Shown piece after piece: positions 7,983 to 16,478 of a stretch of 64,000 nucleotides of DNA. The position numbers were made by a program, and so were the translations under genes. Each line of letters begins with the position of its first letter. Position 1 is the first letter of the stretch. The notes below the pieces were generated by a model. That model searched no databases and had not been told where the DNA came from. It saw only the letters and a list, made by a program, of their open reading frames with translations. The DNA comes from Candidatus Marinacidobacterales bacterium (GTDB taxonomy: Bacteria; Acidobacteriota; Vicinamibacteria; Marinacidobacterales; SMYC01): positions 384,001-448,000 of the forward strand of contig CBDCYI010000009.1 in NCBI GenBank assembly GCA_965224085.1. The letters run 5' to 3'.

Positions 7983-10015
7983 GTGTGCTGGGCAGCGTCC
8001 AGATCAGGAAGGTTGAAGTCCCTCTGGTGCTCGGATGAGGAGCGCCATATCCAAAAGCGGGGGTAACGCCTCGCTGGCCGGGGAACGCGGATAAGGAGAA
8101 CCCTAAACGGGCACGAAGTTGGAAACGATGGCTACTGCCAAGGGGATGTACCTAAGTTCGGGTTCTGTCCACTGGACAACTGGAGGACAGGGTGTCCACC
8201 GCGAGGTGGAATCTGAAGGGTATGCGGAGCAGTACCGGGCCGTAATCGAGGGGGCGACCCCGTTGATGAACCGGTCGGCCAAAGGTGGGGCAAGGTCGAG
8301 CCTGCACTATGGAGGCGAAGGCGTTCTCATTCACCCACCGAATCAAGGTGTTTGCGGACGGCACGGTACGGAAGATCTGGACGTGACCCCAGGAGGGCTC
8401 ATTGGGTTCCCGAGTGGCGTCGGGATAAGCGACCCTATAAGCGAGAGCGAAATGGGAAGTGAAGCCGGGTGAGTCGTCGGACAGCCCAATAGTACCTGAA
8501 GCGCGGTGAAAGTCGTGTGATCGAGAGATCGGCAGCCGAGTGGGCTGGGGAAGGGGGCTGGCAAAGGTGGTTGGTGACAACAAGGATGACAGACGAGTAA
8601 GGGCGATGACGCGGATAAGTTCCTTTAGTGAAAGACCCAGAAGTGATCGTCCGAGGAAACTGTCGGCCTGGTTGAACCCAACGGGTGAGAGGAAGGTCCA
8701 CTCTCTGGTGGACAAGATATACAAGCGGAAGAACTTGGAGCTGGCCTGGAACCGAGTGAAGCGGAACAAGGGTGCCGGTGGCATCGATGGACAAACTCTG
8801 GACGAGTTTGAGGAGCAGCTTGATGCGCACCTCAACCGACTCCATGAGGAGCTCAAGACCGATGCCTATCGTCCACTACCTGTTCGGCAGAAACTCATTC
8901 CCAAGGCTGGACAACCGGGAAAGTTCCGCCCGCTCGGCATTCCGGCCGTTTATGACCGCGTGTGTCAGCAGGCACTGCAGAACCGGTTGGAACCGATCTT
9001 CGAGCAGGTGTTCGATGCCGCCAGCTTCGGATATCGACGAGGAAGATCGACAAAGGATGCTTTACGCAAGATCTGGCAAGAGATCGAAGAGGGTTACGAG
9101 TGGATCGTGGATGCGGATCTTTCCAATTTCTTTGGGACTGTGGACCATGAGAAGCTCCTCGCTCTTGTTGCCAAGCGAGTGTCGGATGGTCGCGTCCTTC
9201 GTCTTATTCGCAGCATGCTCAAAGCAGGCTGCATGGCGGAGGGGAGACGGCTCCCGACCGAGCAAGGTGCACCGCAAGGCGGTGTGGTCTCACCGATCTT
9301 AAGTAACGTCCTTTTGACTCCGTTTGATCGGGAGATGCGCCATCGTGGCTATCGCCTGACGCGGTATGCCGACGACTGGGTCGTGACATGCTGCACCAAG
9401 GCAGAGGCCCAGAAGGTGCTGGCCGAAGCCCGGATGATCCTTACGACGTTGGGTGTAACCTTGAACGTGGAGAAGACTCGTATCGTTCACGTTGCACACG
9501 GCTTCGAGTTCTTGGGATACAAGATCAAGCGGGGTAGTCGCCCTTTGGCCCTACCCTCACACAAGATCCGTACGGGTGTCCGCAAGGGTGACCTGTACGC
9601 GTACCCTCGACAGAAGTCGCTCCAGCACTTCAAGGATCAGATTCGGCGACGGACCTGTCGCAAAGCTCCTGTGAGTACGCAGCAGCTAATCGACGAGATC
9701 AACCCGGTTATTCGCGGTTGGGGTCTTTACTATCATAAAGCTCACGTCCGCAAGCTCTTCGCGCGTCTCGATCGTTGGATCCTGCGACGTATCTGGTCGC
9801 ATCGGTTCAAACGCTGGCGCTGTCGGGGGTGGAAGCAGCTCCCGGAGCGTCAGCTCTACGATGAGATGGGCCTCGTACGCTTTGTCTTCCTGATTCCTTC
9901 CATCAAGCCGCGATGAATAATCCAACCTTTGTGAAAGCCGGATACGGGAAAACTGTATGTCCGGTTTGAGCGGCGGACGGGGGTCAGCGCTGCGGTGCGC
10001 CCCCTCCGACCCGAC
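7983..10015 (+). mobile_element. Group II intron (inner intron) inserted in domain III of the outer intron
   Basis: 5' GTGTG at 7983; domain V AAGCCGGATACGGGAAAACTGTATGTCCGGTT (~9935-9966); 3' end GACCCGAC; EBS1 ACTATG (8306-8311) complementary to the flanking CATAGT; removal restores TTCATAGTACTGAGGAAGC. Confidence 0.9.
8540..9916 (+). CDS. ltrA: Group II intron reverse transcriptase/maturase of the inner intron (start may be ATG 8606)
   Basis: GAGGIDG, RPLGIP, SFGYR, DADLSNFF, GAPQGGVVSPIL, RYADD, FEFLGY, INPVIRGW; no HNH endonuclease domain. Confidence 0.95.
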   Translation: MGWGRGLAKVVGDNKDDRRVRAMTRISSFSERPRSDRPRKLSAWLNPTGERKVHSLVDKIYKRKNLELAWNRVKRNKGAGGIDGQTLDEFEEQLDAHLNRLHEELKTDAYRPLPVRQKLIPKAGQPGKFRPLGIPAVYDRVCQQALQNRLEPIFEQVFDAASFGYRRGRSTKDALRKIWQEIEEGYEWIVDADLSNFFGTVDHEKLLALVAKRVSDGRVLRLIRSMLKAGCMAEGRRLPTEQGAPQGGVVSPILSNVLLTPFDREMRHRGYRLTRYADDWVVTCCTKAEAQKVLAEARMILTTLGVTLNVEKTRIVHVAHGFEFLGYKIKRGSRPLALPSHKIRTGVRKGDLYAYPRQKSLQHFKDQIRRRTCRKAPVSTQQLIDEINPVIRGWGLYYHKAHVRKLFARLDRWILRRIWSHRFKRWRCRGWKQLPERQLYDEMGLVRFVFLIPSIKPR

Positions 10016-10042
10016 ACTGAGGAAGCTATCGAAGGCAACGAG

Positions 10043-11422
10043 ATGGTGGAGGGAAGGGATCGGCCTGGAGGGAACCCACGGGAGAGGGCTAAGGTCCGGA
10101 CACAGCGCCGGGTCGCCTTACCGCCAAATCTCACGCGGGTGAACGAAGCAGCGAAGCGAGATAGAAAGGCTCGGTTCACTGCGTTGCTGCATCACGTGGA
10201 TCACGAAGCGCTCTATCGAGCGTTTCGTCGGTTGAAGCGCAGCGCAAGCGCTGGTGTCGACGGAGAGACTGTCGCCGATTACGAGAAGAACTTCGTGAGC
10301 AACATCAAGGATCTTTGCTCGCGGGTACACGCCGGTCGCTACCGACCACTACCGGTGCGGCGCGTGTACATTCCTAAGTCGGATGGCGGAAAGCGCCCTC
10401 TTGGCATCCCCGCACTGGAAGACAAGATTGTCCAAGGAGCGGTAGCCGAGGTTTTGAGCGCCGTCTACGAAGTCGATTTCATCGGGTTCTCGTACGGGTT
10501 TCGGCCCGGACGGAGCCCGCACCAAGCGTTGCACGCGCTCCACACCGCGCTCATGACGCAACGCGTGAACTGGGTTCTCGACGCGGACATCCGCAAGTTC
10601 TTCGACTCGGTGGACCACGAGTGGTTGATGCGGATGCTTTCGCACCGGGTCGCCGACAAACGCATCCTTCGACTCATCCGTCAGTGGTTGCGAGCCGGCG
10701 TACTGGAGAAAGGAGAGTGGAGCGAGACAACTGAAGGGACACCGCAAGGGGCAGGTGTGAGCCCGCTCTTGGCTAACGTCTTTCTGCACTACGTTCTAGA
10801 TCTGTGGGTTCATCGATGGCGCCGGCTCGAAGCACAAGGCCGTATTTCCATCGTGCGATACGCTGACGACTTCGTCATGGGCTTCCAGCATCGGACCGAT
10901 GCCAGCAGGATGATGAGAGCGCTCAAGGAGCGACTAGCCCGATTCGGGCTTGCGCTCCACGAGAACAAGACCCGTTTGCTCGAGTTCGGGAGATTACCTT
11001 CCTTGTCACGCGAGCAACGGGGCCTTCGGCGGTGTGCGACGTTCGCTTTCCTGGGTTTCACTCATTATTGTGGGAGAACCCGCGATGGCCGTTTCGTCGT
11101 GAAGCGCAAAACGCAGAGCCAGCGGCTACGAGCCAAACTCAAGTCGCTACGGCTTCGCGCGAAGCAACGTATGCATGCTCCAGTCGCCGTCCAGCATCGC
11201 TGGCTTTGCCAGGTGCTGCGCGGTCACTACGCGTACTACGGACTTCCCAGCAACATCCGCTCTCTCCAATCCTTTTCTGAGGAGGTGACACGGTTGTGGT
11301 TTCGAAGCCTTCGTCGGCGGAGTCAGCGCCGAATGACCTGGCCTCGTTTTCACTTGTTGTTGGAGCGCTTTCCCCTACCAGTCCCTCACCTCACTCCGTC
11401 CCGACTACCTTGCCTTGTCTGA
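10043..11422 (+). CDS. ltrA: Group II intron reverse transcriptase/maturase of the outer intron (start uncertain, must lie after 10015)
   Basis: RFTALLHHV, SAGVDG, RPLGIPALEDK, SYGFRPGRS, GTPQGAGVSPLLAN, RYADDF, FLGFTH, LRGHYAYY; no endonuclease domain. Confidence 0.95.
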   Translation: MVEGRDRPGGNPRERAKVRTQRRVALPPNLTRVNEAAKRDRKARFTALLHHVDHEALYRAFRRLKRSASAGVDGETVADYEKNFVSNIKDLCSRVHAGRYRPLPVRRVYIPKSDGGKRPLGIPALEDKIVQGAVAEVLSAVYEVDFIGFSYGFRPGRSPHQALHALHTALMTQRVNWVLDADIRKFFDSVDHEWLMRMLSHRVADKRILRLIRQWLRAGVLEKGEWSETTEGTPQGAGVSPLLANVFLHYVLDLWVHRWRRLEAQGRISIVRYADDFVMGFQHRTDASRMMRALKERLARFGLALHENKTRLLEFGRLPSLSREQRGLRRCATFAFLGFTHYCGRTRDGRFVVKRKTQSQRLRAKLKSLRLRAKQRMHAPVAVQHRWLCQVLRGHYAYYGLPSNIRSLQSFSEEVTRLWFRSLRRRSQRRMTWPRFHLLLERFPLPVPHLTPSRLPCLV

Positions 11423-12081
11423 TTTCGGGTATACCTTCAGGAGGAGCCGAGTGCGGGAAAGCCGCACGCTCGGATCTGTGAGGGCGAAAGCCGAATGGCT
11501 GAGCTACTCGACCATCCCCGGTTCGACCCAAATCACGGTATTTCATATTTCACCTGCTTGGCTGTAAAGCCGGCATCCACGGTCACCAGTGTGCCGGTCA
11601 TATAGCTGGCATCAGCTGAAGCCAAAAATACAACAACACGAGCAATTTCGGGGATATCCTGAATCTAGTTGAAATCGGTGAGTGACTCCGTTCAGATCGT
11701 CGGTCAAAGCTGGCGATCAAAAAGAAAGGAGCCACCCGGTGAGAGCAGATACGAAGAAGAGAAAGAATGCAACACAGATGCTGAGGGCGACGCAGGAGCA
11801 AGAGTGGTGGGCGGATCAAGTTGTGCATGTTTACCTCTTCTTTCACTTGACGGACGTGGTACAAATGCGCGCTGACCAAGAACTTACGAGAAACTTCTTG
11901 AAGTAGTTTCTGAGCTCCAGCGTGTTCTTGGCGAACGTGACGGCAACGATGAGTTTCCCTTGTCAAGCCTCAGAAGAAATGACACTATCGGCCCCGAGGC
12001 GCGGAGAGTCCCCACGAGCCTTCGCCCCTGAATAGCAATCCATAGAACAGAGCCCTTTTCTGGGGAGAAAGGCGGGTTAAG

Positions 12082-13923
12082 GTGTTCAACGACCGTTTCA
12101 TTCGCCGTCGTGCGCTGATTGCATGGGCGTCGGTTCCTTTCATCATGTTCGCCGCGCCGCCGCTGGCCCAGCCAGGACAGCAGGCTTGGAGTCCGGTCGA
12201 CATACCCGGTCCCGATGAACATCCTGCCGAGTTGATCCAGCTCACAGAGGAGTTTCGCACCATCCTCGGATGGGGAAGCGGGGTTCCCGATTACGCTGGG
12301 ACAGTGGGGCGTCAAAAGGAGAAGCTCCCCGAGTTCCGTGCTCGCCTGGAATCACTGGACACCTCCGACTGGTCGGTTCACGAGAAGATCGACTACCTGC
12401 TGCTGCGCTCTGAGATGGACCGCCTCGAGTTCGACCTTTACGTCTGGCGACAGACAAGCCGCAACCCGAGCTTTTACGTTGCTCAGGCGATTCGGAACGT
12501 GGGCCGGCACTTGACCGGCGGCAGGCGCATGTACGTGCCGGAGCTGATGCCGTACACCAAGAAGCGTGCTCAGACCATCCTGCAAGCGCTGGCCGACACC
12601 CCAAAGTTCGTGGCCCAAGGTCGTCGGAACCTCACGGAGATGGTTCCGGCGCTGGCCGACATGGCGCTGCGGAATCCCGGGAGCTCAATCGATACCGATG
12701 ATCTGGACAACATCGTGGTGAACTACCGCAAGTGGGCCGAGGTCACTGCCGAGCATTTTCCCGAGCCCGAGGCGAGTCAACTTGTGTCCGCTGCAGAGGA
12801 GGCGGCACGACATTTGCTCGAGTTCGGCAACTGGCTCAAGGAAAACCGCGACGACATGCCCGGGAAGTACTACATCTCCGAGGAGGCTATTGACTGGTAT
12901 CACCGCCACGTTTTCTTGATGCCCTACACAACCGACGAACTCAGGCTGATGGCGGAGATGGAGCGCGCTCGCTCGCTTTCATACCTGCAGTTCGAGATGC
13001 ACAAGAACCGGAATCTGCCCAAGATCGGGCCGGCGGAGACGGTCGATGAGTACACAGCCTGGGATGACGAGACCGAGCTGATCATCCGGCGATGGTATAC
13101 AGAGAGCGGCCAGGACATCCTCAGCGACCGGGAGTACATGCTCAACAAAGATGTTCGAGTTGAGGAAGCCGTCCTCCTGCCTCCGTTCGGCCGGCTGGCG
13201 TTTCCTTACCAGGAGAAGCCAGATACCTGGCGAATCTTGATCGTACCCGATGATCACTGGCGCGCCAAAGATTCGAACATGGGATTCCGAACTGACCCCG
13301 GGGTGCTGTCCGCCCACGAATGGTGGCCCGGCCATACCTATGAAAGGGAGGTGCACCGGCGCAACCCATGCCCGATCCGCCGCGGTCATCGCGATAATGC
13401 ACACAGCCAGGGATGGTGCTTCTATCTCGCTGAGGAGCTTCTGGTAGCCATGGACTTTCCATTCGTGAGAGGCCCGCGTGCGCGGGAACTCCCGTACATC
13501 AACATGCTCCAGCGAGCCGAGCGAGTCTCCATGGGACTCGACCTGCTCACGGGCCAGATCACTCCCGAGGAGGCGTACATTGCTTTCCGCAAAAACGTCC
13601 CTCTCCTGGGATCGGGCCTGGGTGCAAGCGAATACGAAGCCTTTGAAGAGATGGGGGGAGTGCTGGTCCGGGGCCTGGATCACTGCCAAACCGGGAAGCT
13701 TCAGATCTTCAAGTTGTTAGCGGATCGCAAGATGCAGCTGAAGGAGAACTTCGACCTCAAGGAGTTTCACGATCAGGTCATCAGCCTTGGATCGGTGCCG
13801 ATTTCTCTCCTGAGGTGGGAAATCGCACGGCTGGACGATGAGGTCAAAGAGCTTTGGGAGCCGGTAAGGTTGGCTTCGGTCCTGCAGACGTTAGCGGAGA
13901 CGGATGGCGGCGAGAGCCAGTAG
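12082..13923 (+). CDS. DUF885 family protein (exported, metallopeptidase-like), copy 1
   Basis: Signal peptide, HEWWPGH, GWCFY..E, GKLQI..L...K..L.E.FDLKEFHD..I..GSVPISLLRWE. Confidence 0.85.
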   Translation: MFNDRFIRRRALIAWASVPFIMFAAPPLAQPGQQAWSPVDIPGPDEHPAELIQLTEEFRTILGWGSGVPDYAGTVGRQKEKLPEFRARLESLDTSDWSVHEKIDYLLLRSEMDRLEFDLYVWRQTSRNPSFYVAQAIRNVGRHLTGGRRMYVPELMPYTKKRAQTILQALADTPKFVAQGRRNLTEMVPALADMALRNPGSSIDTDDLDNIVVNYRKWAEVTAEHFPEPEASQLVSAAEEAARHLLEFGNWLKENRDDMPGKYYISEEAIDWYHRHVFLMPYTTDELRLMAEMERARSLSYLQFEMHKNRNLPKIGPAETVDEYTAWDDETELIIRRWYTESGQDILSDREYMLNKDVRVEEAVLLPPFGRLAFPYQEKPDTWRILIVPDDHWRAKDSNMGFRTDPGVLSAHEWWPGHTYEREVHRRNPCPIRRGHRDNAHSQGWCFYLAEELLVAMDFPFVRGPRARELPYINMLQRAERVSMGLDLLTGQITPEEAYIAFRKNVPLLGSGLGASEYEAFEEMGGVLVRGLDHCQTGKLQIFKLLADRKMQLKENFDLKEFHDQVISLGSVPISLLRWEIARLDDEVKELWEPVRLASVLQTLAETDGGESQ

Positions 13924-16478
13924 GGGGCTCCTTCATGGCGGACGTGGGTCTACGCTGGTCGTCTTTGACGAAAGCCGTTGGGCTTTGGCTGCATCCTTTA
14001 ATCTACGGCATCCATTGATAAATTGATGTCACGGTTTGCCATCAACCTTCAACAACAAGGAGTGTGAACATGAACAAGCTCTCGCGGGTGATCTCGCCTG
14101 GCGCTGTCATTTTGGTAGTCGGGATCCTTCTCGTCTCGCTTCCCGCTGGACTCAAAGCCCAAGGGGAAGCGTGGAGTCCGGTCGACATACCCGGTCCCGA
14201 TGAACATCCTGCCGAGTTGATCCAGCTCACAGAGGAGTTTCGCGCCATCCTCGGATGGGGAAGCGGGGTTCCCGATTACGCTGGGACAGTGGGGCGTCAA
14301 AAGGAGAAGCTCCCCGAGTTCCGTGCTCGCCTGGAAGCACTGGACACCTCCGACTGGTCGGTTCACGAGAAGATCGACTACCTGCTACTGCGCTCTGAGA
14401 TGGACCGCCTCGAGTTCGACCTTTACGTCTGGCGACAGACAAGCCGCAACCCGAGCTTTTACGTTGCTCAGGCGATTCGGAACGTAAGCCGGCACTTGAC
14501 CGGCAGCATCCGCATGTACGTGCCGGAGCTGATGCCGTACACCAAGGAGCGTGCCCAGACCATCCTGCAAGCGCTGGCCGACACCCCAAAGATCGTGGCC
14601 CAAGGTCGTCGGAACCTCACGGAGATGGTTCCGGCGCTGGCCGACATGGCGCTGCGGAATCCCGGGGGCGGAATCGATCAGGAAGGCGATGATCTGGACA
14701 ACATCGTGGTGAACTACCGCAAGTGGGCCGAGGTCACTGCCGAGCATTTTCCCGAGCCCGAGGCGAGTCAACTTGTGTCCGCTGCAGAGGAGGCGGCACG
14801 ACATTTGCTCGAGTTCGGCAACTGGCTCAAGGAAAACCGCGACGACATGCCCGGGAAGTACTACATCTCCGAGGAGGCTATTGACTGGTATCACCGCCAC
14901 GTTTTCTTGATGCCCTACACAACCGACGAACTCAGGCTGATGGCGGAGATGGAGCGCGCTCGCTCGCTTTCATACCTGCAGTTCGAGATGCACAAGAACC
15001 GGAACCTGCCGAAGATCGGGCCAGCGGAGACGATCGATAAGTACACAGCCTGGGATGACGAGACCGAGCTGATCATCCGGCGATGGTATACAAAGAGCGG
15101 CCAGGACATCCTCAGCGACCGGGAGTACATGCTCAACAAAGATGTTCGAGTTGAGGAAGGCGTCAGCCTGCCTCCGTTCGGCCGGCTGGCGTTTCCTTAC
15201 CAGGAGAAGCCAGATACCTGGCGAATCTTGATCGTACCCGATGATCACTGGCGCGCCAGATATTCGAACATGGGATTCCGAACTGACCCCGGGGTGCTGG
15301 CCGCCCACGAATGGTGGCCCGGCCATACCTATGAAGGGGAGGTGCGCGGGCACATCCCGTGCCCGATCCGCCGCGTTCATCGCGATAATGGCCACAGCCA
15401 GGGATGGTGCTTCTATCTCGCTGAGGAGCTTCTGGTAGCCATGGACTTTCCATTCGTGAGAGGCCCGCGTGCGCGGGAACTCCCGTACATCAACATGCTC
15501 CAGCGAGCCGAGCGAATCTCCATGGGACTCGACCTGCTCACGGGTCAGATCACTCCCGAGGAGGCGTACATTGCTTTCCGCAAAAACGTCCCTCCCCTGG
15601 GATCGGGCCTGGGTGCAAGCGATTTCGAAGCCCTTGAAGAGATGGGGGGAGTGCTGGTCCGGGGCCTGGATCACTGCCAAACCGGGAAGCTTCAGATCTT
15701 CAAGTTGTTGGCGGATCGCAAGATGCAGCTGAAGGAGAACTTCGACCTCAAGGAGTTTCACGATCAGGTCATCAGCCTTGGATCGGTGCCGATTTCTCTC
15801 CTGAGGTGGGAAATCGCACGGCTGGACGATGAGGTCAAAGAGCTTTGGGAGCCGGTAAGGTTGGCTTCGGTCCTGCAGACGTTAGCGGGGACGGATGGCG
15901 GCGAGAGCCAGTAGGGGGCGGCCGCGGCACGAAGCGACGGCCTCCTTCATGGCGGACGGTGGGCTACGCTGGTCGTCTTTGACGAAAGCCGTTGGGCTTT
16001 GGTTTGCATCCTTTAATCTACGGCATCCATTGATAAATTGATGTCAAGGTTTGCCATTAACCTTCAACAACAAGGAGTGTGAACATGAACAAGCTCTCGC
16101 GGGTGATCTCGCCTGGCGCTGTCATTTTGGTAGTCGGGATCCTTCTCGTCTCGCTTCCCGCTGGACTCAAAGCCCAAGGGGAAGCGTGGAGTCCGGTCGA
16201 CGTACCCGGTCCCGATGAACATCCTGCCGAGTTGATCCAGCTCACAGAGGAGTTTCGCGCCATCCTCGGATGGGGAAGCGGGGTTCCCGATTACGCTGGG
16301 ACAGCGGGGCGTCAAAAGGAGAAGCTCCCCGAGTTCCGTGCTCGCCTGGAAGCACTGGACACCTCCGACTGGTCGGTTCACGAGAAGATCGACTACCTGC
16401 TACTGCGCTCTGAGATGGACCGCCTCGAGTTCGACCTTTACGTCTGGCGACAGACAAGCCGCAACCCGAGCTTTTACG
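12187..16478 (+). repeat. Tandem duplication with a period of about 2.0 kb
   Basis: 12187-14465 aligns with 14172-16478, including the intergenic spacers (13928-14069 and 15942-16084). Confidence 0.9.
14070..15914 (+). CDS. DUF885 family protein, copy 2
   Basis: Near-identical to copy 1 over the mature region; signal peptide identical to copy 3; RBS AAGGAG. Confidence 0.85.
   Translation: MNKLSRVISPGAVILVVGILLVSLPAGLKAQGEAWSPVDIPGPDEHPAELIQLTEEFRAILGWGSGVPDYAGTVGRQKEKLPEFRARLEALDTSDWSVHEKIDYLLLRSEMDRLEFDLYVWRQTSRNPSFYVAQAIRNVSRHLTGSIRMYVPELMPYTKERAQTILQALADTPKIVAQGRRNLTEMVPALADMALRNPGGGIDQEGDDLDNIVVNYRKWAEVTAEHFPEPEASQLVSAAEEAARHLLEFGNWLKENRDDMPGKYYISEEAIDWYHRHVFLMPYTTDELRLMAEMERARSLSYLQFEMHKNRNLPKIGPAETIDKYTAWDDETELIIRRWYTKSGQDILSDREYMLNKDVRVEEGVSLPPFGRLAFPYQEKPDTWRILIVPDDHWRARYSNMGFRTDPGVLAAHEWWPGHTYEGEVRGHIPCPIRRVHRDNGHSQGWCFYLAEELLVAMDFPFVRGPRARELPYINMLQRAERISMGLDLLTGQITPEEAYIAFRKNVPPLGSGLGASDFEALEEMGGVLVRGLDHCQTGKLQIFKLLADRKMQLKENFDLKEFHDQVISLGSVPISLLRWEIARLDDEVKELWEPVRLASVLQTLAGTDGGESQ

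Larger units (their letters stand above)
7587..11512 (+). mobile_element. Group II intron (outer intron of a twintron)
   Basis: 5' GTGCG at 7587; domain V GAGCCGAGTGCGGGAAAGCCGCACGCTCGGATC (~11444-11476); domain VI ending CTACTCGAC; EBS1 loop TCCCG (7773-7777) complementary to the 5' exon CGGGA. Confidence 0.9.

Noticed and set aside
9995-10042. ORF-track start of the outer RT at 9995
   Set aside because: It lies inside domain VI of the inner intron, so it cannot be the native start.
8540-11422. Two-RT defence system or retron
   Set aside because: The tandem RTs are explained by intron nesting. Both have maturase X-domain motifs and there is no effector gene.
11520-12080. Short ORFs between the intron and the DUF885 array
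   Set aside because: No recognisable motifs or convincing RBS; left unannotated.
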